From the NCBI GenBank assembly GCA_020848075.1, contig JADLAV010000026.1, forward strand, positions 9,285 to 73,284: DNA of 64,000 nt, read 5' to 3'. The stretch comes from Burkholderiales bacterium. Its GTDB lineage: Bacteria > Pseudomonadota > Gammaproteobacteria > Burkholderiales > SG8-39. This document shows positions 39,682-54,673 of this stretch, in pieces (within the stretch, counting starts at the first letter, position 1; each line of letters opens with the position of its first letter). Position numbers and translations under genes: made by a program. The notes beneath the pieces were generated by a model. The model saw only the letters and a list, made by a program, of their open reading frames with translations, did not search any database and was not told the origin of the DNA.

Positions 39682-42177
39682 ATGGCCGCAAGACTGCCAC
39701 TTCCCCTGCGCATGCTCGCGCGCGACTGGCGTGCGGGGGAGCTTCGCATCCTCGGGCTCGCGCTCGTCGTCGCGGTCACCGCGGTCACGAGCGTCGCATT
39801 CTTCGCCGATCGCGTGCGCGGGGGCCTGGTGCGCGACGCGCACCAGCTCCTCGGCGCCGACGTGCTGCTGGTCGCGGACAAGCCGTGGCCCGACGATGTG
39901 CGCGACGAGATCGCGCGGCGCGGGCTCGCGCTGGCTGAGGCCACATGGTTCATCAGCATGACGCGTCATGGCGAGGCCGCGCACCTCAGCGGCGTGAAGG
40001 CGGTGACCGGCAACTATCCGCTGCGCGGCCGGATGCGGATCGCCGACGCACCGAACGCCCCGGATCGCCCGACCGCGCGCGGACCTGAGCCCGGCACGGT
40101 ATGGCTGGATGACCGACTCTTTCCGATCCTCGGCGTCAAGGTGGGCGACGCGATCGAGCTCGGCGACGCGCAGCTGCGGGTCGCCGCGGTCCTGACGCTG
40201 GAGCCCGACCGCGGCGCGAGCTTCTTCAATCTCGCGCCGCGCGTGTTGATGAACCGCGCCGACCTCGCCGCGACGGGACTCATCCAGCCCGGCAGCCGCA
40301 TCTACTACTATCTCCTCGCGGCGGGCACGCCGGAAGCCGTCGGCGATTTCCAGCGCTGGATGACGCCGCGGCTCGGCCGGGGCGAGCGCATCGAGACGCT
40401 GGAGAACGCGCGTCCCGAGGCGCGCGCATCGATCGAGCGGGGCGAGCAGTTCGTCGGACTCACCGCGCTGCTCGCGGTGATTCTCGCGGCGGTCGCCATC
40501 GCGCTGTCGACGCGCCGCTACACGGGCCGTCATCTCGACGGGTACGCGGTCATGCGCTGCCTGGGCGCGACGCAGCGGCGGCTCGTCTCGCTTTTCGCGT
40601 GGGAGTTCGCGGCGCTCGGCGTGGTCGCCTCGGCGATCGGCTGCGCGCTGGGCTTCGGCGTCCAGGGCCTGATCGAGACGTGGCTCGGCAAGCTCGTCGC
40701 GGTGCAGCTGCCCGCGCCGTCTTGGCGGCCGGCGCTGCAGGGCTTCGGCACCGGGATCGTCATCCTGCTCGGTTTCGCGGTGCCGCCGCTCCTGCAACTG
40801 AGGGACGTGCCGGCCCTGCGCGTGATACGGCGCGACGCCGGCCCGCCGAAGCAGGGGGCGGTGCTCGCCTACGCCGCGGGACTGGCCGCGTTCGCAGCAC
40901 TCATCCTGTGGCAGGCGGGCAGCGTACAGCTGGCGGGCTACGTGCTCGGCGGGTTCCTCGTCGCGATGGCGGGGTCGGGCGCGCTCGGCTACGCGCTCAT
41001 CCGGCTGATTGCACGCTGGGGCGGCCGCGCCGGACCGTCCTGGCGCTACGGCCTCGCGAGCCTGCGCCGTCGCAGCCTGGGCAACACCGTCCAAGTGATC
41101 GGGCTCTCGCTCGGCCTCACCGCGATCCTGCTCCTCACGTTCACGCGCGCCGATCTGCTCGAGGCGTGGCGCGCGAAGATCCCGGCCGATGCGCCGAACC
41201 GCTTCATCCTGAACATCCAGCCCGAGCAGCGCGCGCCCGTGGCGGCGTTTTTCGCGGAAGAGCGGCTTCCGGCGCCGACGACCTACCCCATGGTGCGCGG
41301 CCGGCTGGCGGCGATCGACGGCCGCCAGGTGAGCGCCGATTCCTACGCGGACGAGCGCACCAAGCACCTGGTCGAGCGCGAATTCAACCTCTCGTTCATG
41401 GACGAGCTGCCCGGGCACAATCGCGTGACTGCGGGGCATTGGTTCAGCGCCGCCGACTTGCGCACCGGGGCGCTCTCCATCGAGGCGGGCATCGCGAAGA
41501 CGCTGCGGGTCGGCGTGGGCGACCGCCTCACGTGGTCGGTCGCCGGACGGGAGTTCACCGCGCCGATCACCAGCATCCGCGAGCTCGCGTGGGACTCGAT
41601 GCGGGTGAACTTCTTCGTGATCACCACGCCGGGCTTGCTCGAAGACTACCCGACGAGCTACATCACGGGCTTCCATCTGCCCGGCAGCGCCGCCGGCGCC
41701 ATGAACCGGCTGGTACAGCGCTTTCCCAACCTGACCGTGGTGGACATGAGCGCGATCCTGCAGCAGGCGCTGGCGATCATGAACCAGGTCATCGATGCGG
41801 TCCAGCTCGTGTTCCTGTTCGCGCTCGCCGCCGGCCTGCTGGTCCTCTACGCTGCACTGCTCGCCACGCAGGACGAGCGGCTGCAGGAGGCCGCGGTCAT
41901 GCGCGCGCTCGGCGCGGCCCGCGCCCAGGTGGCGCGCGCGCAGCACACCGAATTCTTCGCGCTCGGGGTCGTCGCCGGGGCGCTCGCATCGGCATCGGCC
42001 TCCGCCATCGGGTTCGTCCTGGCCGAGCGGGTGTTCCAGCTCTCTTACGTGCTCGACGGATGGATCTGGCTTGCGGGCCCGGCGCTCGGGATCGCGTGCG
42101 TCACGCTGAACGCCTGGTTGGGCACGCGCGCGGCGCTGCGGTACCCGCCGACTCTCGCGCTGCGCGAAGCAGGCTGA
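39682..42177 (+). CDS. ybbP: FtsX-like ABC transporter permease YbbP-type (two FtsX domains)
   Basis: 831 aa. It has the classic tesA / ybbA-ybbP neighbourhood, multiple TM helices and large periplasmic loops. Confidence 0.9.
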   Translation: MAARLPLPLRMLARDWRAGELRILGLALVVAVTAVTSVAFFADRVRGGLVRDAHQLLGADVLLVADKPWPDDVRDEIARRGLALAEATWFISMTRHGEAAHLSGVKAVTGNYPLRGRMRIADAPNAPDRPTARGPEPGTVWLDDRLFPILGVKVGDAIELGDAQLRVAAVLTLEPDRGASFFNLAPRVLMNRADLAATGLIQPGSRIYYYLLAAGTPEAVGDFQRWMTPRLGRGERIETLENARPEARASIERGEQFVGLTALLAVILAAVAIALSTRRYTGRHLDGYAVMRCLGATQRRLVSLFAWEFAALGVVASAIGCALGFGVQGLIETWLGKLVAVQLPAPSWRPALQGFGTGIVILLGFAVPPLLQLRDVPALRVIRRDAGPPKQGAVLAYAAGLAAFAALILWQAGSVQLAGYVLGGFLVAMAGSGALGYALIRLIARWGGRAGPSWRYGLASLRRRSLGNTVQVIGLSLGLTAILLLTFTRADLLEAWRAKIPADAPNRFILNIQPEQRAPVAAFFAEERLPAPTTYPMVRGRLAAIDGRQVSADSYADERTKHLVEREFNLSFMDELPGHNRVTAGHWFSAADLRTGALSIEAGIAKTLRVGVGDRLTWSVAGREFTAPITSIRELAWDSMRVNFFVITTPGLLEDYPTSYITGFHLPGSAAGAMNRLVQRFPNLTVVDMSAILQQALAIMNQVIDAVQLVFLFALAAGLLVLYAALLATQDERLQEAAVMRALGAARAQVARAQHTEFFALGVVAGALASASASAIGFVLAERVFQLSYVLDGWIWLAGPALGIACVTLNAWLGTRAALRYPPTLALREAG

Positions 42178-42180
42178 GCG

Positions 42181-42215
42181 TGAAACGTGAGTCGCGAAAC
42201 GTGAAACGCGAAACG
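42181..42215. repeat. Five in-phase 7-bp units (T/C)GAAACG (one degenerate), starting 4 nt after the ybbP stop
   Basis: tGAAACG tGAgtCG cGAAACG tGAAACG cGAAACG read directly. One inverted copy, CGTTTCG, lies at 42276-42282. Confidence 0.8.
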
Positions 42216-42304
42216 CTGGAGGGCGGAGTGCGCGCGGCTGATGCGCAGCGGCGTTAGAATCGCAGGCTTCGCTCCCGTTTCGCACCGAAATCCCCGTGCA
42301 TCGT

Positions 42305-48016
<5,712 letters not shown>

Positions 48017-48027
48017 CGCGGGAGAGC

Positions 48028-48390
48028 ATGATCCGCATGCCCGAGCGGGCGGCTCTCGCCGGCGCGGCCGTCATGACGCTCGCCCTCCTGTGGGCGAGCG
48101 TCGTGCCCGGCGCCGGCGTGGTGTTCGCCTACGGCGGCATGCATTACGTCGCCCACTTCGCCGCGTTCACGGTCCTCGCCTTCGCCTGGCGGTACGCGCT
48201 GCCGAAAGCCCCGGCGTGGGCGGTGCTCGCCGCGGTGGTGGCGTTCGGCTTCGCGCACGAAGCGATCGAAATCGCCGGCCATGCGCACGGCTTCGAGCTC
48301 GCGGACGCGCTGGTCGATGCGGCCGGCGCGCTCGCCGGCGTGGCGCTCGCGGGCCTCGCGCGGGCGCGAAGCGCCTGGGAGAGAAGGTGA
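48028..48390 (+). CDS. VanZ-like small membrane protein
   Basis: ATG 11 nt after the uvrA-like stop, preceded by GGAGAG. HYVAHFAAFTVLAFAW and FAHEAIEI...ADALVDAAGALAG resemble the VanZ family pattern (from memory). Confidence 0.55.
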   Translation: MIRMPERAALAGAAVMTLALLWASVVPGAGVVFAYGGMHYVAHFAAFTVLAFAWRYALPKAPAWAVLAAVVAFGFAHEAIEIAGHAHGFELADALVDAAGALAGVALAGLARARSAWERR

Positions 48391-48405
48391 CCTCGAAGGC
48401 CCCGG

Positions 48406-48936
48406 CTATCGGCCCGCAGGACCACGCACGGTCTTGCGCGGTGCGGGCGGCCCGGCGAGCTGGTTGAGCAGGCTCGACTCGCGCTTGTAGAAGCCCTCCG
48501 TGTGGAAGGTCTCGGGGAGCTTCAAGTGCTCGAAGTCGAGGTGATGGCAGAGCTCGTGGAGCAGCGTGCGCAGGAACGTCCGGAACGCCACCGTCCGGCG
48601 CTGCTGGGCGGTGCGCATCCAGAGCGAGATCTCGGGCGTCCGGCCGTCGGCCGCCTCGTAGAGCCCGTGCAGCTCGCCCCAGTCGGCGCGCGGTCGCACG
48701 GCGAGGAGCTTGATCCGAGCGCGCCGGACCCCGATCTGATCGCAGATGCCATTGGCGAGCCGCTGGCAGGCGAGCTCCAGCTCGTCCCGGTGTTCCGCGC
48801 GCAGCGAGTGGTCCACCCGCGCGACCAGCGGCGCGAGAGTCCCCGGTGCGGGCAGCTTCACCACGTGGATCCCGTCGCTCTGCAGGTAGATGCGCTTGCG
48901 CGCGGCCGAGAGGCGATCGTAGTAGGCGAACGTCAT
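48406..48936 (-). CDS. Hypothetical protein with an HExxH zinc-metallopeptidase motif (176 aa)
   Basis: ATG at 48936 (MTFAYYDRLSAARKRIY). The LLHELCHHLDFEH motif lies near the C-terminus. The upstream 392 codons of the ORF are antisense to rmuC and implausible. Confidence 0.55.
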   Translation of the reverse strand: MTFAYYDRLSAARKRIYLQSDGIHVVKLPAPGTLAPLVARVDHSLRAEHRDELELACQRLANGICDQIGVRRARIKLLAVRPRADWGELHGLYEAADGRTPEISLWMRTAQQRRTVAFRTFLRTLLHELCHHLDFEHLKLPETFHTEGFYKRESSLLNQLAGPPAPRKTVRGPAGR

Positions 48937-49035
48937 TGCCGCAGGTCCCGCGGCGGATTCTAGCCCGTGGCCTGCGCGGGCAGCGGGGTCTCCGAGGCCG
49001 TCGAATGAGCCGCTCGGACGGCTATACTTCGCACG

Positions 49036-50532
49036 ATGAACGAGGCCATGCTGCTCCTGGCGGTCGTCGGCACGATCGTCCTCGCCGTGCTCGTGCTCCA
49101 GCTCGTGAGCATGGGCCGCGCGTCTCGCGCCGCCGCGGCGGTGCACGCCCGGCTCGAGGCGACGGTCCAGCTGGCGGAGCGGCAGGAGCGGGATCTGCGC
49201 GACGAGCTCGGGCGGGCGCGGCTCGAGACGGCGGAGGCGGCGCGCGCGGGGCGCGCCGAGCTGGGCGAGGCGCTCGAGCGGTTCGGCCACTCCGTGCGCG
49301 ACCAGCTCACGCAGATGGTCACAGTCCAGAACAACCAGATCGACGGATTCGCGCAGAGCCTCGCGACGCTCACCCAGGCGAACGAGGCGAAGCTCGAGAG
49401 CGTGCGCGTGACCGTGGACGACAAGCTGCGCAGCGCCCTGGACGATGCCCGGCAGGGCCGCGAGGAGGGGGCGAACACGCTGCGCCGCTTCGGCGAAGCC
49501 CTCAACCAGCAGCTCGCGGCGGTGACGCAATCGAGCGAGACGCGGCTGAAGGAGCTGCGCGAGACGATCGACGGCCGGCTCGAGAAGATCCAGCAGGACA
49601 ACGCGCAGAAGCTCGAGCAGATGCGCCAGACGGTGGACGAGAAGCTGCACGCGACCCTGGAGCAGCGGCTCGGCGAATCGTTCAAGCTGGTGAGCGAGCG
49701 GCTCGAGCAGGTGCACAAGGGGCTGGGCGAGATGCAGTCGCTCGCCGTCGGCGTGGGCGACCTGAAGCGCGTCCTGACGAACGTCAAGACGCGCGGCACC
49801 TGGGGCGAGGTGCAGCTCGGGAGCCTGCTCGAGCAGGTGCTCACGCCCGAGCAGTACGAGCGGAACGTCGCGACGGTTCCGGGCAGCCGCGAGCGAGTCG
49901 AGTTCGCGATCCGCTTCCCCGGGCGGGAGGACGGCGGCGCACCGGTCTGGCTGCCGATCGACGCCAAGTTCCCCCTCGAGGATTACCAGCGCCTGCAGGA
50001 TGCGCAGGAGCGCGTCCACCACGCGGAGATCGACGCCGCCGCGAAGGCCCTCGAGAACCGGCTGCGCGAGGAGGCGAAGACGCTGCGCGAGAAGTACATC
50101 GCGCCGCCGCACACCACCGACTTCGGGCTGCTCTATCTGCCCACCGAGGGCTTGTACGCCGAAGTGCTGCGGCGCCCGGGCCTCGTCGAGGCGCTGCAGC
50201 GGGACCAGCGCGTCACCATCGCCGGCCCGACCACGCTGCTCGCCATGCTGAACAGCCTGCAGATGGGCTTTCGCACGCTCGCGATCGAGCAGCGCTCGAG
50301 CGAGGTGTGGGCGCTGCTCGGCGCGGTGAAGGCCGAGTTCGGCAAGTTCGGCGGCGTGCTCGCCAAGACGCGGCAGCAGCTGCAGACGGTGGCCAACAGC
50401 ATCGTCGAGGCCGAGACCCGCACGCGCCAGATGGAGCGGAAGCTGAAGGACGTCGAGGCGCTCCCCGACCGCCAGGCGGCGCGGCTGATCGGCCAGGCGG
50501 CCGACGGCGCCGAGCCCGGTGCGTCCGGCTAG
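49036..50532 (+). CDS. rmuC: DNA recombination protein RmuC
   Basis: N-terminal TM helix, long coiled-coil, and a C-terminal RmuC nuclease-like region (VEFAIRFPG...WLPIDAKFPLEDY...PTTLLAMLNSLQMGF). Confidence 0.9.
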   Translation: MNEAMLLLAVVGTIVLAVLVLQLVSMGRASRAAAAVHARLEATVQLAERQERDLRDELGRARLETAEAARAGRAELGEALERFGHSVRDQLTQMVTVQNNQIDGFAQSLATLTQANEAKLESVRVTVDDKLRSALDDARQGREEGANTLRRFGEALNQQLAAVTQSSETRLKELRETIDGRLEKIQQDNAQKLEQMRQTVDEKLHATLEQRLGESFKLVSERLEQVHKGLGEMQSLAVGVGDLKRVLTNVKTRGTWGEVQLGSLLEQVLTPEQYERNVATVPGSRERVEFAIRFPGREDGGAPVWLPIDAKFPLEDYQRLQDAQERVHHAEIDAAAKALENRLREEAKTLREKYIAPPHTTDFGLLYLPTEGLYAEVLRRPGLVEALQRDQRVTIAGPTTLLAMLNSLQMGFRTLAIEQRSSEVWALLGAVKAEFGKFGGVLAKTRQQLQTVANSIVEAETRTRQMERKLKDVEALPDRQAARLIGQAADGAEPGASG

Positions 50533-50577
50533 CGCGCTGCGCGCGCAGCGGCCGCCTCTTCACCCCTCACAGCTCGC

Positions 50578-51843
50578 TCACGCCAGGCCGTCCATCACCT
50601 GCACGCTCACGAGATCACCGGGCTGCACGCTGCCGCGGTCGTGCTCGAGCACGATGAAGCAATTCGCTTCCGACATCGAGCGCAGCACGCCGGAACCCTG
50701 GCTGCCGGTAACGCGCACCGTCCATTGCCCGGACGCGTCGCGCGTGAGAATGCCTCGCTGGAACTCGGTGCGCCCGGGCTTCTTGCGCAGCGCCGTCTCG
50801 CAGGGCACGCGGAGCGCCGGCAGCTCGAACGCATCGGTGCGCCCGGCGAGCGCGAGCAGCGCATCGCGCACGAACTGGTAGAAGGTGACCATCACCGCGA
50901 CCGGGTTGCCGGGCAGCCCGAAGAAGAACGCATCGCCGAGCTTGCCGACCGCCATGGGCCGACCGGGCCGCATGGCGATCTTCCAGAAGAGAACCTCGCC
51001 CAGGCTGGCGAGCACCTCCCGCGTGAAATCGGCCTCACCGACCGAGACGCCGCCGGAGGTCACCACCGCGTCGGCGGCCGCCGAGGCATCGCCGAGGGCG
51101 CGCGCGAGGCTCGCGCGGTCGTCGCGCACGACGCCCATGTCGATCACCTCGCAGCCAAGCCGCGTCAGCATGCCGTAGAGCGTGTAGCGGTTCGAGTCGT
51201 AGGCCTCGCCTTCGGCGAGCGGACGCCCCACCGAGACGAGCTCGTCCCCGGTCGAGAAGAACGCGACCCGCGGCCGCCGGCGCACCGCCACTTCGGCGAT
51301 GCCGAGGGATGCGAGCAGGCCGAGCTCCGCGGGGCGAATCGGCTGGCCCGCGCGCAGGGCAGACTGGCCGGCCGCGATGTCTTCGCCGGCGAAGCGCACG
51401 TGCTGCCCGCGTGCCTGTCCCGGCGGGACGATGACGGCGTCGCCCTCGGTCCGCACCACTTCCTGGAGCACGACGGCGTCGGCCCCCGCGGGCATCACCG
51501 CGCCGGTCATCACGCGCACGCACTCGCCCGCGCCCACGGCCGTGCCGAACGGCCGGCCCGCGAAGCTCGCGCCGATCTCGCGCAGCCGCGTGTCGGCCTG
51601 GGGAAGGAGGTCTGCGCTGCGCACCGCCCAGCCGTCCATGGCCGAGTTGTCGTGCGCCGGCACGTTCGTCGGCGAGACGACGTCTTCGCCGAGCACGCGC
51701 CCGAGCGCCGCGCGCACCGCGACGCGCTCGTTGACGGCGATCGGCGTGACGAGCGATCGCACCACCGCGCGCGCGGCCTCGACCGGCAGCGCGTTCGCGT
51801 CGTAACCGTCGATGCAGCTGACGATGCGCTCGAGGGAGCTCAC
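50578..51843 (-). CDS. moeA: Molybdopterin molybdotransferase MoeA
   Basis: GTG start overlapping the mobA stop (GTGA). Motifs: DNSAMDGWAV, SGGVSVGEADF, and the C-terminal beta-barrel domain. Confidence 0.9.
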   Translation of the reverse strand: MSSLERIVSCIDGYDANALPVEAARAVVRSLVTPIAVNERVAVRAALGRVLGEDVVSPTNVPAHDNSAMDGWAVRSADLLPQADTRLREIGASFAGRPFGTAVGAGECVRVMTGAVMPAGADAVVLQEVVRTEGDAVIVPPGQARGQHVRFAGEDIAAGQSALRAGQPIRPAELGLLASLGIAEVAVRRRPRVAFFSTGDELVSVGRPLAEGEAYDSNRYTLYGMLTRLGCEVIDMGVVRDDRASLARALGDASAAADAVVTSGGVSVGEADFTREVLASLGEVLFWKIAMRPGRPMAVGKLGDAFFFGLPGNPVAVMVTFYQFVRDALLALAGRTDAFELPALRVPCETALRKKPGRTEFQRGILTRDASGQWTVRVTGSQGSGVLRSMSEANCFIVLEHDRGSVQPGDLVSVQVMDGLA

Positions 51844-52451
51844 TTGTCCGCAACCACGCGTTCGCCGCCCGGCTCGCCCGCCTCGTATGTCGCGAGCTCG
51901 TCGCGCGTGTTGATGTTCGAGAACGCCGCGGCCTCGTCGTCGAACGGGACTTCGATCACGGCGAGGGCCGCGTACCACGCGTCGATCTTGCGCCCGCCGC
52001 GCTCCAGGAATGCGGCCAGGTTCGCGGCCACGCGCACGCGCACGAGCGAGAACACCGGGTGCGGCTGCGTGCCGGTCCTTGCGACGGCCACATCGGCATC
52101 GGCGCGCTCCAGGGCCCCGCGCAGTCGCGCCACGAGATCGGCCGGCAGGAACGGCGAATCGCAGGGGACCGTCACGACCAGCGGGTGCGTCGCCGCCGCG
52201 AGCCCGGCGTGCAGCCCGGCAAGCGGGCCCACGAATCCGCCGATGCGGTCGCCGACCACCCGCGGGCCGAATCGCGCGTAGGCATCCTGGTTCTGGTTGG
52301 CGTTGATGAGAACCTCGTCCACTTGCGGGGCGATCCGCCCGAGCACCCAGGCGATCATCGGCCGGCCGCGCAGGCGCTGCAGGCCCTTGTCCACGCCCCC
52401 CATGCGACGGCCCTGTCCGCCCGCGAGGATGACACCGGTCACTGCGCTCAT
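51840..52451 (-). CDS. mobA: Molybdenum cofactor guanylyltransferase MobA
   Basis: ATG at 52451 overlaps the fdhD stop (ATGA). GVILAGGQGRRMGGVDKGL and VPCDSPFLP motifs. Confidence 0.9.
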   Translation of the reverse strand: MSAVTGVILAGGQGRRMGGVDKGLQRLRGRPMIAWVLGRIAPQVDEVLINANQNQDAYARFGPRVVGDRIGGFVGPLAGLHAGLAAATHPLVVTVPCDSPFLPADLVARLRGALERADADVAVARTGTQPHPVFSLVRVRVAANLAAFLERGGRKIDAWYAALAVIEVPFDDEAAAFSNINTRDELATYEAGEPGGERVVADK

Positions 52452-53299
52452 GCGAGTGCAGTGGGCATCGTCGTCTTGACGAACCGGTGCTTGCCGGTGA
52501 AGAGCAGATAGTGCCGGTTCACCGCCCGGCCGATCATGGTGACGCCGATCCTGGTGGCGATCTCGTAGCCCATCTTGGTGAGACCGGAGCGCGAGACGAG
52601 GAACGGAATGCCCATCTGCGCGGTCTTGATGACCATCTCGGAGGTGAGCCGCCCGGTGGTGTAGAAGATCTTGTCCGAGCCGTCGATGCGCTCCAGCCAC
52701 ATCTCACCCGCGATCGCGTCGACCGCGTTGTGGCGGCCGACGTCCTCGACGAACGAGAGGATCTCGCTCGCGCCGCGCGTGTTGGTGGCAAGCGCGCAGC
52801 CGTGCACCGCACCGGCCGCCTTGTAGACCGTCTCGTGGCGGCGCACCGCCTCGAGCAGGCTGTAGAGCGTGTCCTCGGCGAGCAATACGTCGTCGCGCAG
52901 CCTGATCGCATCGACCTCCTCCATCAGATCGCCGAAGACGGTGCCCTGCCCGCAACCGGTCGTGATCGTGCGCTTCTTCATCTTCGCGCGTAGGCCCTTC
53001 ACGCCCTTGCGCGTGGTGACCGCGACCGAGTCGGTCTCCCAGTCGACCTGGACCGCCGCGATCGCCTCGATCGATCCGACCAGGCGCTGGTTGCGCAGGT
53101 AGCCGATCGCGAGGCATTCGGGAGCTTGCCCGAGCGTCATCAGGGTGACGATCTCGCGCTTGTCGACGTAGAGCGTCAGCGGATGCTCGCCCGCGATCGG
53201 CGTCGGCAACGCCTCGCCGCGCTCGTTCAGCGCCTCGACCGTGTAGGTCGCAGGGCGGCCGGCGTTGGTGAGCTGCGGGCGGTAGGGCGCGTTCATCAC
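52448..53299 (-). CDS. fdhD: Formate dehydrogenase accessory sulfurtransferase FdhD
   Basis: TGCGQG... and GAVHGCALA... with VSRSGLT motifs. GTG 53299 or ATG 53296 overlaps the moaA stop. Confidence 0.9.
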   Translation of the reverse strand: MMNAPYRPQLTNAGRPATYTVEALNERGEALPTPIAGEHPLTLYVDKREIVTLMTLGQAPECLAIGYLRNQRLVGSIEAIAAVQVDWETDSVAVTTRKGVKGLRAKMKKRTITTGCGQGTVFGDLMEEVDAIRLRDDVLLAEDTLYSLLEAVRRHETVYKAAGAVHGCALATNTRGASEILSFVEDVGRHNAVDAIAGEMWLERIDGSDKIFYTTGRLTSEMVIKTAQMGIPFLVSRSGLTKMGYEIATRIGVTMIGRAVNRHYLLFTGKHRFVKTTMPTALA

Positions 53300-54399
53300 C
53301 CGCCGATGTAGGACATCTCGATCTTCCGCCGCCCCGCCGTCTCGGCGGTGCGGATCTCGGAGTAGCGATCGGCGCGGGCGCGCCAGATGCGGCCGATCGC
53401 GGAGGCGATCGCGTCGTCGCCGGCGTCGCCGCGCACGAGCGCGCGCAGATCGAAGCCGGTCGTCGCGAAGAGGCAGGTGTAGACCATGCCTTCGGTCGAC
53501 AGGCGCACGCGCGTGCAGTCGCGGCAGAACGCCTGCGTCACCGAAGAGATCACGCCGATCTCGCCGCTGCCGTCACGGTAGCGCCAGCGCTCGGCCACCT
53601 CGCCCGGGTAGGCCGGGTCCACCGGCACGAGCGGCATCTCGGCATCGATCCGGGCGACGACCTCGGCCGAGGGCACGACGTCGTCCATGCGCCAGCCGTT
53701 GGTCGCGCCGACGTCCATGAACTCGATGAAGCGCACGATGCGTCCGCTCCCCTTGAAGTGGCGCGCCATGCCGACGATGTCCTGATCGTTGACTCCGCGT
53801 TTCACGACGGTGTTGATCTTGATGGGCGCGAGCCCCGCCGCCTCGGCGGCGGCGATCCCCTCGAGCACCCTCGCCACCGGGAAATCGGCGTCGTTCATCG
53901 CGCGGAAGACGCGCTCGTCGAGCGAGTCGAGACTCACCGTGATGCGCTTCAAGCCCGCGTCGCGCAGCGCCGCCGCCTTCTTCGCGAGGAGCGAGCCGTT
54001 GGTCGTGAGCGTGAGATCGACGTCGCCGAGCCCCGCGAGCATCTCGACCAGGCGCTCCACGTTCCGGCGCAACAGGGGTTCGCCCCCGGTCAGCCGGATC
54101 TTCCGCACGCCCTGGTCCACGAAGATCCGCGCGAGCCGCGTGATCTCTTCGAAGGTGAGCAGCTGCGCATGCGGCAGGAACCGGTGGTCGCTGCCGAACA
54201 CCTCCCTCGGCATGCAGTACGTGCAGCGGAAGTTGCAGCGATCGGTCACCGAGATGCGCAGATCGCGGAGCGGACGGGCGCGGGTGTCGCGCACGGCGGT
54301 GCCGTGCGCCGAGGGGCCCCTCGCGGGCCCGTCGAGGCGCTCCGGCGGCAGCGGCTGGGCGCGGCCGGCGTCGGTGAGGCGAATGACGCGATCGGTCAT
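53296..54399 (-). CDS. moaA: GTP 3',8-cyclase MoaA (radical SAM)
   Basis: [18 protein letters not shown] (CxxxCxxC), LTGGEPLLR, and the C-terminal Cys cluster [10 protein letters not shown]...CLF. Confidence 0.95.
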   Translation of the reverse strand: MTDRVIRLTDAGRAQPLPPERLDGPARGPSAHGTAVRDTRARPLRDLRISVTDRCNFRCTYCMPREVFGSDHRFLPHAQLLTFEEITRLARIFVDQGVRKIRLTGGEPLLRRNVERLVEMLAGLGDVDLTLTTNGSLLAKKAAALRDAGLKRITVSLDSLDERVFRAMNDADFPVARVLEGIAAAEAAGLAPIKINTVVKRGVNDQDIVGMARHFKGSGRIVRFIEFMDVGATNGWRMDDVVPSAEVVARIDAEMPLVPVDPAYPGEVAERWRYRDGSGEIGVISSVTQAFCRDCTRVRLSTEGMVYTCLFATTGFDLRALVRGDAGDDAIASAIGRIWRARADRYSEIRTAETAGRRKIEMSYIGG

Positions 54400-54484
54400 G
54401 GCACTTGATCGAGGCGCGGGGCCGCACGCATCATGGAGGCGCCCGCAGAGGTCCCTATTCTAGAACCGATCTCGAAACGTGACC

Positions 54485-54590
54485 GCGACGGCGAGGCGGG
54501 AGGCGCGGCGCCCATGAAGAAAGCCCGTTACGACTAAGAGGACATTGTCGCCGGATGCCGTGCGAGGTCGGAGGGGCGGCGTGGAGCAAG
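54485..54590 (-). ncRNA. Candidate Moco (molybdenum cofactor) riboswitch aptamer in the moaA leader
   Basis: The minus strand reads gccgcccCUCCGACCucgcacggcauccggcGACAAUGuccucuuaguCGUAAcgggcuuucuucaugggcgccgcGCCUCCCgcc. The capitalised blocks resemble my memory of the conserved Moco-motif blocks in the E. coli moaA leader. Not verified by a covariance model. Confidence 0.35.
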
Positions 54591-54673
54591 ATAACCTTGG
54601 CCTCTTCGATGTCTTTCGCCGCCAGACTCTACTCGTCATGCCTGAGAATCAAAAGAGAGGTTATAGTCCGGCA

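Noticed and set aside
42178-42304. A LexA/SOS box upstream of the UvrA-like gene.
   Set aside because: No CTGT-N8-ACAG-type palindrome is present. Only the GAAACG heptamer array was found, and it is reported separately.
49023-49050. A leaderless rmuC mRNA: TATACT at 49023-49028 lies 7 nt before ATG 49036.
   Set aside because: The -35 match is poor (TCGAAT). A second ATG at 49048 with a nearby GAGG is an equally possible start. The question cannot be resolved from sequence alone.
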